From assembly GCA_951406725.2 (NCBI GenBank), contig OX597831.1:47616001-47680000 (forward strand): a DNA stretch of 64,000 nucleotides, written 5' to 3'. Below are positions 1 to 12,652 of this stretch, one piece after another. This stretch comes from Octopus vulgaris (lineage: Eukaryota). The translations under genes and the position numbers were made by a program. Under the pieces are notes generated by a model. That model was given only the letters and a program-made list of their open reading frames with translations. It was not told the DNA's origin and ran no database searches. Within the stretch, counting starts at the first letter, position 1. Each line of letters starts with the position of its first letter.

Positions 1-308
1 AAAGCTGCACAGTCACTTGACCTGCAAGAGATGGCAGCTAAATATCCCTTATATCACACTCTGTTGTCTCAAAAAAAGGGGAAGGAAGTATTAAATAGTG
101 TGATCCTGGGTACACTATGCCTTCTTTTTATTTCATTTTTTCACGGCTTAGTTATGAAGGGAATGGAATCGCAGCACTCAAGAGTCTTTATATTTTTCAA
201 ATCCTGATAAGAAGGGACAAAATTAACTTGTAATTGGAAACCTAGCTCAAATGCTTATGAAAGGTCGAGCTCTACTTAAGGCATCAAGGGACCAGGCGGT
301 GGCTTTAA

Positions 309-530
309 CCCTTTTGATACCAACCTACCTGAAACCACCTCTGGCTCTGTAGTATAAATGTCTTGTTTTCATAAGTTTTGAATTAAAATCTTCCACCAAA
401 CCTTAGTCACAATTTATGTTCCTAACACTAGCTTAATGATAACTAAGTTATTTTACTAAATTCTTTGTTATATTCAAAATTAAATGAAAGAAACACAGAG
501 CATCTCAAAATACATACGGTAACAAAAGGC
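309..530. mobile_element. piggyBac-type non-autonomous element (MITE)
   Basis: TTAA at 305-308 and 531-534; termini CCCTTTTGATACC / GGTAACAAAAGGC are inverted repeats (11/13 match). Confidence 0.75.
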
Positions 531-1225
531 TTAACCCAGATGATAGATTAAGTCTAACACTCAAGAACTCAAAGCGCAAGAATCAACTCAAATACCTCAA
601 GGCATCTCATCTTACACTCTAATAATTATTATAATCCACTACTCTGGGATGATATTTTATTTTATTGACCCTTAAATAACAAAAATTAAAACTGACTTCA
701 TTGAAATTTTGAATGTAATGAACCAAAACAAATGCCTATAAAGTATATAATTTCATACACTAACAATTTTGCAAGTCTACTTCTCAATCCATTGGTGTTT
801 CATTTTATCAACTCTCAAAGAATGAAAGACAAAACCAGCCTGATTGAAATCTGAACGCCATACATAAAGAACTAGAACAATTACCATAACAGTTCTACCT
901 GTCCAATGCTATGGACAGTTCCTTTATACCATCGACCCTCAAAGAATGAAAAGTATAGCTGGCCGTAGTGGGATTTGCACTCAGAGAGAGCAAGAAGACA
1001 GTTGAAAGTACTGTCATGCTTGGAATGTCTTTGGTCGTAGATTTGCTTGATTAAGACTATCTTGAGACAAAACAACAATGATATCAGCAATAACACTATC
1101 AACAACATCGATATCAGTCAGCAACAACAACAACAACTTTGAAAGGATAGTAAGACAAAATCAATGTAAAAAAACTTTCTGCTCAGAACTTAGAACTACT
1201 CTAAAGAAAACATTTGAATCATGGC

Positions 1226-1264
<39 letters not shown>

Positions 1265-1291
1265 CACACACACATGCACACACACACGTGC

Positions 1292-1330
<39 letters not shown>

Positions 1331-2294
1331 ACACTGATGTCTTGGTCATCTCAGCAGTTTCAGATATTTTGGTTTTGTTTCTTTATAATAGTTTCTGGTC
1401 TTGTCTGGGGGTTTATTTTCTTTTTTCCGTTTTTTTTTGGAGGGTGTTATTATTGTTTTTTTTTTTTTATTTATTATTTTTTTTTTTATCGATAATGGCT
1501 GCTTATCTCCATTTTTAAATAGCTTGGATTTTCTCAGATATGACAAAAAAAGCAAAAAACAAAAAATGAAATAATCAGAAAGGATAAATAGTTCCATATC
1601 GAACAACAAATGTTGTTTGCATAAAAACAAAAAAAAAAATCGTAAAAAAAAAATTACAGAAAATAGTATGTGAGAGAGAAGGCAAGCACGTATCTTTAAA
1701 TGTGTCGTTGAAAACTTAAACTAAGCTAAAGTTCAGATTGACTTAGTGAAAAATCTACTGTTAAACCAAAGAAAGCTGACTGACTTATACAAGCAGACAC
1801 AACATATACATGTGTTGACCTTTTGTGATCAATCATAGACACAGCCTGTCTGATTTGCTGGATTAATCTAGAAGACATCACTATTTAATAACCAAATCAT
1901 CACTTGAGTTTTAAGAATTACTTTGTTTTGTTCTTTTTCTCTTTTTTTGTTCCTTTCAGAAAATGCTGTGCTGTATCATATTTAAGACACGTTTTGTTTT
2001 GGATTGTTTTTTTTACTGTCTTCCTGTTTTTTTTTACTGTCTTTCTGTATTTGATTATTAGTTATTATTTTGTGTCAATATCCAAATCGTTGTACTTTTT
2101 TTTTATTCAATCTTGTCCATTCTGTGAAGTTTTTTTTTGTCACGTGATCCTAACTATTGTGAAGTGAATCCAATATTGGATGGACCAAAAGTGACAAGCT
2201 GGCAGAATCATTTCTGTGCCCAAGGCGGTGAGCTGGCAGAAACGTTAGCACGCTGGGCAAAATGCTTATCGATATTTTGTTATGTTCTGAGGTT

Positions 2295-2651
2295 CTGATA
2301 TACCTGCAGCCTTCTTCAGGTGCCTTGGGGAAATTTCGAACCTGGATTCTCATTCCTGAGGTATTTTTCGATGTTGTTATTATTATTACGATGTTATTAT
2401 TATTATATGGTGTAGTGGTTAAGAGCATGGGCTACTAGCCCCAAGATTCCGAGTTTGATTCCAAGCAGTGACCTGAACACTAACAATAATAATAATAATC
2501 ATAATAATAACATCGAAAAATATCTTAGGAATGAGAACCCAGGTTCAAAATTTCCCCAAGACATCTGAAGAAGGCTGGAGGTATATCAGCCGAAACATTG
2601 TGTTAATAACAAACAAGATGAGGACAAATATCTGTCAAATATAAATAATGT
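2295..2651 (+). mobile_element. tRNA-headed non-autonomous element with Penelope-type tail and inverted 5' copy
   Basis: A box TGGTGTAGTGG (2408-2418), B-box-like GAGTTTGATTCC (2451-2462); 2295-2400 is an inverted copy of ~2495-2590; CTGAAGA-stem-GAAAC core at 2565-2596. Confidence 0.6.
2560..2604 (+). ncRNA. minimal (dimer-type) hammerhead ribozyme-like motif, probably decayed
   Basis: gacat CTGAAGA a GGCTG gaggtatat CAGCC GAAAC AT T gtgtt: core and stem II intact, stem I gacat/gtgtt pairs with G-U, stem III is one G>A change from palindromic ACGT. Confidence 0.55.
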
Positions 2652-3003
2652 GCTTAAGACACTAAGTCTTACAAAGAAGAAGACCGAGGCCTAGGATGTT
2701 TGGTAGATTGCAATACTCAAGATGACCCACCCACTACAGCAAAATTGATTCTGGTGCCAGTGTCACATTAAAAACACTGGTGCTGATGTTATATAAAAAG
2801 CACCTGGCTCACTCTGTGGAGTGATTGGCATTAGGAAGGGCATCAAGCTGCAGAAACCATGCTAAAATAGACAATGGAGCCTAGGGCAGCACATGGTCTT
2901 GCCAGTACTGGATAAACCATCCAACCCAAGCCAGCATAGAAAACGGGCATTAAATGATGATGATGGTGATACAGCATAAGCATACAAGGCTAGTTAACAA
3001 GTT

Positions 3004-3140
3004 TGCCTTTCATCCTTTCGGGGTCAATAAATTAAGTACCAGTTACACACTGGGGTTGATGTAATCAGCTTAATCCGTTTGTCTGTCCTTGTTTGTCCCC
3101 CTCTATGTTTAGCTCCTTGTGGGCAATAAAGAAATAAATA
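3004..3140 (+). mobile_element. 5'-truncated SINE family A nested in another SINE
   Basis: same core and tail as 23368-23592; flanked by AAGTTTGC on both sides. Confidence 0.75.
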
Positions 3141-3529
3141 AGTTTGCTTCACGATCCCATGGTTTGGGATTCAGTGCCACTGTGTGGCACCTTGGGAAAA
3201 TGTCTCCTGCTATAGACTCAGGCCTACAAAAGCCTTGTAAGGGGGATTTGTTAGGCTGAAAATGTAAGAAGCCTGTCATGTAAGTGTGTGTGAATGAGGG
3301 TTAACTTGTAAGACTGAAGGTTCATGTGTCTCCTTGCTTTTTCACATCGTGCAATATATAGTTGTGTATACAAGTAGCTCTGTGTACACAAGTGCTAACC
3401 CTTCAGAGGGAGATATTATCTTGCTTGGAAACATGTGAGGCAATAGAAGGAACATCTAGCAGTAGAAAGTCTGCTTCAAAGAAATTCAGACAGACCCATG
3501 CAATCACGAAGAAGTGGATGTTGAAACAA

Positions 3530-3537
3530 TGGATAGG

Positions 3538-3571
<34 letters not shown>

Positions 3572-4183
3572 TAGATAGATAGATAGACACATGAACAGAC
3601 AGACAAACAGATACACAGACAGACAGGCAGGTAGACAGACAAACAGATAGATAAATAGATAGATAGATAGGTGCATGAACAAGCAGGCAGACAGACAAAC
3701 AGATAGATAAATAAATAGAAACATAATGACAGTCAGACAAACAGATAGATAGATAGATAGATAGATAGATTGATTGATAGATAGATAGATCAATGGAAAC
3801 AGACAGATAAATAGACAAATAGATGATAGATAGCTAGAGAGATAGACAGATAGATAGATAGAAACAGACAAACAGATAGATAGATGAGTTTCTTTATTGG
3901 CCACACAGGGCTGCACATAGATGGGACAAATTACAAGGTAGAGCTTTTCTTTTGGGGGATGAAAAAAACAAAAAACAAAAGAAACAAAAAAAAGGTGGCG
4001 TAGGTTTTCGATCAAAAGGGATCGTAAAAACGAAAAAAAAGAACAAAAAATAAAAAAAGAAGAAAAGGAAAAGGAACAAAAGAAAAGAGAAATGAAAAAA
4101 AGAAGAAAAAAGGGGAAAAAAAGGGGAAGAGGAAAAAATACGATCAATAGGGATAGATAGATAGATAGATAGGGATCAATAGG

Positions 4184-4225
<42 letters not shown>

Positions 4226-4412
4226 AAGAAACAGAAAGACAGACTGACAGGTAGATAGAAAGAATAAGTAGATTCAGGCAGACAGATGTTGATAGATAGT
4301 TAAGATAGACAGATAGATAGATCGATAGAAAATAGATATACACAGGCAGATAGATAACTAGATAGAAAAATAGATATACGTAGACAGACGTAGATAGATA
4401 GACAGACAGATA
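3530..4412. repeat. (GATA/GACA)n tetranucleotide satellite interrupted by a retroelement tail
   Basis: direct reading. Confidence 0.9.
3889..4152 (-). mobile_element. 3' UTR/tail of a Tx1-like LINE inside the (GATA)n array
   Basis: minus strand ends TTGTCCCATCTATGTGCAGCCCTGTGTGGCCAATAAAGAAA, resembling the tails at 17378, 31331 and 43617; T-rich UTR upstream. Confidence 0.55.
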
Positions 4413-4761
4413 ACACAGTAGTCCAATGCTGAAAGAATCACTCATATCATATCTGAAGGTCTTTGACCATATCCCCAACTGTCTCATTAACACACTTAAC
4501 CTTACTTGATGCTGACCAGATTCTATATCAATGTGAAGACTCAAATTTTCCAGCTGAGCAGAATGAAGTAATATTAAGTACAGTGCTTCTCCCAAGGACA
4601 CTTTCAATCAATATACAGGATATTAGATTGAAGCTATTTATATTATACACAAACTCAGACACAACTAATTTGGTCTGCCTAATTTGCATAACAATGAAAG
4701 CAATGGAAACATAAATGAACAAGTGAATGCATAGAAGCACAACGTAACAGTAGTATATATA

Positions 4762-5105
4762 CAGGATGTGGCAGAAGTAATACCCTTTTGTATTTGAATT
4801 GTCTAGTTTCTAATCGAGTTTCGTTTTTATTTCCCAAAAACTTCTGCGAATTTTTTCATTAGTTTATTGTTCATTTCTTTAAATAATGCAATAAGTTTGT
4901 GTTCAATAAAAAATTACTTTATAAGCATACACAGGCGCAAGAGTGGCTGCGTGGTGAGTAGCTTGCTTCCCAACCACATGGTTCTGGGTTCAGTCCCACT
5001 GCATGGCACCTTGGGCAAGTCTCTTCTACTATAGCCTCAGGCCGACCAAAGCCTTGTGAGTGGAGGATTTGGTGGATGGAAACTGAAAGAAGCCTGTCAT
5101 ATGTA

Positions 5106-5182
<77 letters not shown>

Positions 5183-5432
5183 TTGTGTGTCTGTGTTTGT
5201 CCTCGCACTATCACTTGACAACTGATGTTGGTGTGCTTACATCCCCTGTAACTTAGTGGTTTGGCAACAGAAACTGATAGAATAAGTACTAGGCTTACAA
5301 AGAATAAGTTGTGGGGTCACTTTGTTTGACTAAAGGTGATGCTCCAGCATGGCCACAGTGAAACAAGTAAAAGAGTAAAAGAGTATTCTATAAAAGTTAT
5401 TAAATGCAAAAAGAGCATTACTTCTGCCACAC

Positions 5433-5436
<4 letters not shown>
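4762..5436. mobile_element. Tc1/mariner-type MITE interrupted by a SINE
   Basis: TA-flanked TIRs CAGGATGTGGCAGAAGTAAT / ATTACTTCTGCCACACCCTA. Confidence 0.75.
4933..5385 (+). mobile_element. SINE family C (tRNA-like head, CORE-like GCACCTTGGGCAAG block, internal microsatellite, GTAAAAGA tail)
   Basis: homologous to 41052-41435 and other copies in the window; CpG sites decayed. Confidence 0.85.
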
Positions 5437-5503
<67 letters not shown>

Positions 5504-5550
5504 ATCACGTGACTAACCAGGCTATCAGATGTTGCTACACATCACTGGTC

Positions 5551-5881
5551 ACAGCTGTTTCTGGGATATTTTATATATCCCTTCATCGGAGATGGTGTGA
5601 GAGAATGGCTTAGCAATAGTATACCAATCTGCCTAAATAATGGAACTGCAGATATAATATCCCTGCATATCTCACGTCTATTTTCATTCCTCCACTTCCC
5701 TCTCTATGTCATATCTTATCTAGAATAACTATTGCTTAACCATTTTCTCACACCGTCTCTGATGAAGGGATTTATAAATAGGTCTGTTTTGGGGATATTT
5801 TATATATGTTCTGAAATCTTTCACAGCCTTGGATTTTTATCTCATCCTGTTAATTTACATATGTATATATGTATATATGTA

Positions 5882-5926
<45 letters not shown>

Positions 5927-6130
5927 TATACAGTAAATTTTACTAGTTTTATTTTGTCTTCTCTCCTTGTTCTATATGAAAATTTAAGGTGATTTCAGGG
6001 TCAGATCCTGGCTGCTATTTTCAGCATGGTGGTATCTTGTAGATACCCTAAATTATAATTTTAATAATAATTATTACCTTTGAAGGTTTTTATTTCCATG
6101 CTGGCCACTTGATAAGATCGTTATTTAATT
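5551..6130. mobile_element. Penelope-like terminal repeat with inverted partial copy
   Basis: ~5570-5622 is an inverted copy of ~5729-5780; minus strand has CCGATGA-AGGGATAT..ATATCCC-A-GAAACAGCTGT hammerhead-like core; 3' part resembles 47050-47090. Confidence 0.5.
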
Positions 6131-6404
6131 TAAATTAACGATCTTATCCTTATTTATATAAATTTATATATATATACGTTTAAATATTTGTTGTGCAAGA
6201 TTTTTTATGTGAAGTCGTGTGTTGAAACAGATATTGTTATATTTCGGAATGGTCATTTTGCCAGTTTAGCCAATAAAAACACACGTACTATATATTTGGT
6301 GTTATTTTGCTTCAGCGTTATTTATTTTTTACATTAATCTTAATCTTATTTCTGTATGTAGATTTAGCCCACAAACAAACTGTATATATTTATATATATA
6401 CATT

Positions 6405-6441
<37 letters not shown>

Positions 6442-7648
6442 GCACTTTGTTAGTTACTATGAGTGTTCCAGTTGATTCAGTCAATGAGGCTCCCTGCTTA
6501 TGAAATTAAGGTGCAAATGGCTGAGCACTCCACAGACATGCATACCCTTAATGTAGTTCTCAAGGAGATTCAGTATGACACAGAGTGTGACAAAGTTAGC
6601 CCTCAGAATAACAGGTACGATTCACTTTTGCCAGCTGAGTGAAGTAGAGCAAATTGAAGTGATGCGTCTTGCTCAATGACATTACACACTGCTAAAAATT
6701 CTACCCATGACCTTATGATTTGAGCTGAATACCCTTATCATGAAGTCACACACCTTCACTCACACACACACGGCCGTTGAAGAATTTGGACCTGGAGATC
6801 TCCATTTCCAGCGACTTTGAGGAGCCACCTCCCAGTGGTGTCAGGTGTCAACAAAGAGCCCTTGGCTACAACAAGACGACCAAAGTTTTTTTTCCCAAGG
6901 TCTGGGGTCTCCCGCCCCTAAGCTCTAGACCATCACTTAATTACCCTTACCTGTCTTGTTGCTTAACAACAATAACAACAACAACAACACACACACGCAC
7001 ACGCATACACACATATACACACACATACACACATATACAGACATACACCGCCACATACATATGTGTGTGTGTGTGTGTATGTTTATGTATGTATGTGTTC
7101 TGTGTTTCTGTTTGTCTCCTGCCACCACTTGTCCTACCAGTGCTGGTTTGTTTAAGGTGCTGTAACTTGGTGGTTCAGCAAAAGAAACTGATAGAATAGA
7201 TAACATACTGGGTTTTATTTGTTTAACTAAATTCTAAAGGAGTGCTCCAACCTGGCAGTTGCCCAATGACTGAAATAAGTAAAAAAATAAAGGATACTAA
7301 CACACTATGATATACTGTGACTGTAACTCCAAAACACATTATATGTAGTGGCATAAATGCAGAATATTCTTTCACTTTCGCTATAAAGTAAGTTATGTAC
7401 ACCAGTGCTGCTCAAAGTGGTGATCCATGGACCAGTTCCAATCCACGAGCCATCAGATGCTAGTACATGGCAAGTTTCCAGAAAAGAAAGAAACATTATA
7501 AAATGCTTATGTAATATTGTATTATTTGTTTACAAAATAAATATAAGATAAAGAAAATTGTCAACTTTTATTGTAATCATTATGTATATTACAAAGATGT
7601 ACTTGCATAGCAAGTGACCTGATCTGAGATTGTGTGCTGAAACAGAAA

Positions 7649-7929
7649 CAATTGCAGCATGGAAGCTGTTTATAAGCCATTTAAAAACACACAAAAACCG
7701 TTAGATTCACTTCAACATTTAAATTTAATTTGTCAAAATATTTTCGTCACTTTGAGACCATGATCTGTTCACTGATAAAATTCTGTGCAGCATGGAATTT
7801 TGTCAGTGAGCAGGTCACGGTCTCAAAGTGACGAAAATATTTTGGCAAATTAAATTGAAACGCTGAAGTGAATCTAACGGTTTTTGTGTGTTTTTAAATG
7901 GCTTATAAACACATTCCACTCTGCAATTG
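7649..7929. repeat. ~280-bp near-perfect palindrome (fold-back)
   Basis: arms read as reverse complements from CAATTGCAG to CTGCAATTG, centre near 7789. Confidence 0.9.
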
Positions 7930-7942
7930 ATTATATATATTA

Positions 7943-8455
7943 CTAGCAGTATCGCCCGGCGTTGCTCAGGTTTGTAAGGGAAATAACTATATAAGCATTT
8001 TTAGAGAGTTACTTCCCTTATAGCTGCCAATTCGGGCTTTCTTAGCCATTTCTGTTTTGGTGTCTTCAAGCCATGAAGTCGTTGTTCTAAAAGAACGCTG
8101 GTCTCCTTGACAACGCTTTATGACGTTGATTTCCTTACACTCCCTTCCCCACAGCTTCACAAGGGAGGGAAGAAGCGGGAGAAGCAAACAGGTGCAGGTG
8201 TGACCATGGACGCCAACTCCGCCGCCATCGACACATGAAAAATTATGCATTAAAATGGAATAAAAAATGATGTTAAATTATTTTTAAAATCGTAGACTCA
8301 TCGTAGACGCGCGCTAATACTCAGATGGGCTCGATATGAATCACGACTATAAGATACCCGAATTTGGTTAAACTGCACAGCAAAATGTGGGAGTAGTTAG
8401 GAATCTAAATCGAAGGGGACAGACACTCACACAACTACAGTTTTATATATATAGA
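7943..8455 (-). mobile_element. complete non-autonomous Helitron
   Basis: minus strand 5' TCTATATATATAAAA, 3' hairpin CCTGAGCAACGCCGGG then CTAG; inserted between A and T, no TSD. Confidence 0.8.
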
Positions 8456-9439
8456 TTTCCGGTATAAATTAATGTTACTAAGAAATATTACCAGTCCTTG
8501 GCACATTGGGGGCAAAACAAAAACTGCTACTACACCACATCAGATAGTTTGAGAAACACTGATTTACACTTGTCTATGTTGACATAAACATTTCACACAG
8601 TTGGGTGTATTTTGTCATACCATAGTTTCAGTCTTTACTATGTTAAACATGCCAATTGATTCTGTTTGCTAATTTACATAGCAGGCCTCTGGTGATAGAG
8701 CTAAAAACTAGCTAATTTTTAGAACCAATGTTGATTTCAAAATTTAACTGTACAAACATCTATAATCTGACTCCACCTTACCCTAGCCAAAAGTGAAATC
8801 TTTTGATGTTGTTTGCCAGATATTGAGATTAATTCTATTCTCCATCACATAATCTAAAATATATGATTAAACAGATTTGAACAATAACAAGTAAAATCAA
8901 CAAACTTATTTACCTGGTTGTATTAATATTTATCCACGTCTGTAGTTTTGTTTATAGTTCTTTTTCTTTAAAGATATTTGTATGTGCAACGTTTGTGCTA
9001 ACTACAGAAAGCTTGCAGCAAGAATTGAAAATGTCAATGAGCCATATGTGATTACAGGAAGCTGAGTGACATAAGCTGAGTGTACACCTAGCCATGTATT
9101 AAGAACTTCTAAGTACATAAATGTTTAATAAGTTTATGAAGACAGATGGCAAAATACTTTACAGTGATTGCTGGTCAATTACAAAATTTTCTTTAGCAGC
9201 TTTCCCCCCAGCATCTAAGAATACATTCCCAAATATTGCTCAATTTCTTCGATGGCATTTCATGAATCAACAACTCATTCACTCTTTCTGAATCAACTGC
9301 TAAGTTATTATTACTATTCAAATGTAATTAAGCCAATAAATCTATAATTTCCCCATTTCTTTCAATTTCTAGTTTCCAAGGCCACATATAATTTCATTTC
9401 ATTTCAATTTTAGCCAGATCCCTCACATTACTCATGCTT

Positions 9440-9689
9440 TTTTACTCTTTTACCCTTTTACTTGTTTCAGTCATTTGACTGTGGCCATGCTGGGGCACCG
9501 CCTTTAGTCGAGCAAATCCACCCCAGGACTTATTCTTTGTAAGCGTAGTACTTATTCTGTCAGTCTCTTTTGCCGAACTGCTAAGTTACGGGGATGTAAA
9601 CACGCCAGCATCTGTTGTCAAGCGATGTTGGGGGAACAAACACAGGCATGCAAACACACACACACACACACACACATACACACACACAC

Positions 9690-9739
<50 letters not shown>

Positions 9740-10025
9740 CAAATAAGAAAATGGAGAAACAATTTAGTTGGTTCATCAGCTTTCAGATATTAGAATGATG
9801 AACCAACCTCTAACTTACTTGGTGGTATATATATATATATATATACACACACACATATATATGACGGGCTTCTTTCAGTTTCTGTCAACCAAATTCACTC
9901 ACAAGGCTTTGGCCGGCCTGAGGCTATAATAGAAGACACTTGCCTAAGGTGCCACGCAGTGGGACTAAACCTGGAACCATGTAGTTGGTAAGCAAGCTAC
10001 TTACAACACAGCCACCCCTACACCT
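9440..10025 (-). mobile_element. SINE family C with expanded internal (CA)n/(TA)n tract
   Basis: homology to 41052-41435. Confidence 0.85.
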
Positions 10026-10244
10026 ATGCGATAAATTTAATGATTAAAATGTACATGTATATTCATTTAGTATTAATATTTTAATGATAAGAATAATAAT
10101 TATTATTAAATCCTACAGCCTTTCTTCTAAACTGGACTAGATATGTGATGCATAACACTTAATTATGGAAAAGGGCCATGTGCTCTCAACATCCATTTTG
10201 CACACACTTGCACATGTATGGGAAAATGAAAATGTATTGAGAGA

Positions 10245-10385
10245 AAAGTATGCAAGAGAGAAGACTATGCTGGTTTGGATATGTGATGTGTATGAATGAG
10301 GATAGCTGCATAAAGAAGTGCTGATCACTGAAAGTGGATGGTACCTGTGGAAGAGGGAGACCCAGGTAGACATGGAATGAAGTGG
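10245..10385 (+). mobile_element. decayed RTE-clade ORF 3' fragment
   Basis: reads QERRLCWFGYVMCMNED, matching the RRLRWFGHV motif of RTE C-termini. Confidence 0.5.
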
Positions 10386-10516
10386 TAACAACAATAACAA
10401 CAATAATAATATATATATATATATATTATATAATAATAACAACAACAACAACAATAATAATAGTATATATATTATACAACAACAACAACAACAATAATAA
10501 TATATATATGCATATG

Positions 10517-10555
<39 letters not shown>

Positions 10556-11321
10556 ACCTGTTTCTGTCTATGTCACACTTTAATCTTTCATTATCTGACA
10601 CAAAATCTCCTCCTCCAATTCCCCACTCCCCTCTCAAAGATTCCTTGTCTTGCAAAGTTACTTGGTGACCTTGCCAGTGCTGGTGCCACTTAAAAAGCAC
10701 CCAGTCCAGTTGATGTTAGGAAGGGCATCCAGCCATAAAAAAAAAACATGCCAAAACAGATACAGAAGTATGGTGCAGGTTTATGCCAAGCCAGCTCCAG
10801 TCAAACCGTCCAACCCATGCCAGCAGGGAAAGAGGACGTTAAATGATGATGATGATGATGATAGCTCAATGAGGCTGCTTCAATACTTTATTCACTGGGT
10901 CATTAGAATTATTCTCTGATATGAAAATATGGATGTATGTAATACAATGTATCAAGATTTGTTAAAGCTGCAATAAACGCTTCAACAAAGCAATTGAGTA
11001 GTAACTTAATAATATTATGTCACTGATTTTGTTCCATAGTTAAGATTGTTTACTTCTTGATATAAAATGAAAAACAATAGATAAAAAAAAAACTTGCGAG
11101 GTAGAAGAGGTGAAAAGTGTTTAACGAAAACTATAGCTTCTAGTGATGGTGTCTGTTATGACTGTAGTCTCAATACTACCCATGTGAACTTTTAACATCA
11201 TCTGAAGAAACAAAGAGTTCAAACAAAATGAAATTCAAAAGGAGAAGGAAAAAGAAAAATTATGCAGTTTATAAAGTTTATTTACATGGCAAGCTTATGT
11301 ATGTATGTGAGTATGTATGTA

Positions 11322-11390
11322 TGGATTTGGTAGACGGAAACTGAAAGAAGCCCGTCGTATATATATATATATATCTATATCTATATATCT

Positions 11391-11469
<79 letters not shown>

Positions 11470-11667
11470 TGTATGTGTGTCTGTGTTTGTCGCCCCCAAC
11501 ATCACTTGGCAACCGATACTGGTGTGTTTTCGTCCCTGGGTTTCGGTAAAAGAGACCGATAGAATAAGTACTAGGCTTACAAAGAATAAGTCCCGGGGTC
11601 GATTTGCTCGACTAAAGGCGGTGCTCCAGCATGGCCGCAGTCAAATGACTGAAACAAGTAAAAGAGT
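11322..11667 (+). mobile_element. SINE family C, 5'-truncated, CpG-intact
   Basis: homology to the other family C copies. Confidence 0.8.
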
Positions 11668-11753
11668 GTTTTTATTCATAGCTTTATTTAAAACGTATTA
11701 TTTTACTCACAAACACACATATATTTATACACACACTCACACACATATTATAT

Positions 11754-11966
11754 CCGGGTGGGTGCTGAAAAGTTCCTGGCTTTAGGTAAAAGAAAATAGA
11801 GGAAGACCAGTTGATTTTATCCAACATGTTTCTCTGTCCGATTTACACACCTATTGCAGCGGTCCTTCATTTTTTTCTAAGCCCTGTATAAGAACTCGGA
11901 AGGTTGGGCCTCCAACTAGGCCTTTTGTGATTCCCTTAAAACCGTGAACTTTTCAGCACACCCTCA
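11754..11966. mobile_element. mariner-derived MITE
   Basis: TIR core GTGCTGAAAAGTTC / GAACTTTTCAGCAC, similar to the TIRs of 20014-21523. Confidence 0.7.
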
Positions 11967-12360
11967 TATATAATAGATAATATATAAATGTAATTATAAT
12001 GTGTGTGTGTGTGTAAAATACCGTGTAAACAAACTTCGTTTGGAATTGAATTCTGTTTGAACTATTTGATACTTTTGATGATGTAAAAGTTCACTTAAGT
12101 AGCATCGTATGGGCAGTCCGAGGAGCCACCATTTCCAGAAGCTAAACCTTTGTTATGGAATTCTCACCTCTTTTACCTTCAGACACATAAATTATCATTA
12201 TCTGCAGTCAGTCGACGCGACTATAAGAGAGGAGGGGGGAGAGAGAGAGACAGATAGACAGAGACAGAGAGAAGGATATACATACATGCATACATACATA
12301 CATTTGTATATACGTAAGTGCATACATGCTTACATATATGTGTGCGTGTACATGTTTCTA

Positions 12361-12652
12361 TGCTGAATTGCGCCAGGACAGGCGGAGCCGTGGTAACGAG
12401 CGGTTGCGATACATGGATGTGCTGAAGATACATAGGAAGAATTCTAGCATCTCCCCCAGACACCTGGGAGGAGTAGGACCTGCGGCAGGATGAATGGCAC
12501 CGATCACTGAAGCTCGTTATTCCAACCATTGTGGAGAAACGACATAGAGAATACGAAAATGCACATGAGAGGCATCACCTCTCCGTTGCGTCAAGATGTC
12601 ATCGCCGCTGTAAGTCAAGAGCCGTAACTGTAGCTGTTATGCGTGCCTGCTA
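12361..12652 (+). mobile_element. RTE-clade LINE 3' ORF fragment
   Basis: reads GRRSRGNERLRYMDVLK..ISPDTWEE, typical of RTE C-termini. Confidence 0.55.

Larger units (their letters stand above)
7403..8561. mobile_element. hAT (Charlie-like) MITE carrying two nested insertions
   Basis: termini CAGTGCTGCTCAAA / TTTGAGAAACACTG; 8-bp TSD ATGTACAC / ATTTACAC. Confidence 0.65.

Noticed and set aside
1920-2060. Polypyrimidine tract + TTTCAG acceptor followed by ATG as a coding exon
   Set aside because: The following frame is short and low-complexity with no convincing donor
4463-4714. 83-aa ORF and adjacent octamer ATTTGCAT
   Set aside because: The ORF overlaps a decayed SINE remnant; a single octamer is expected by chance
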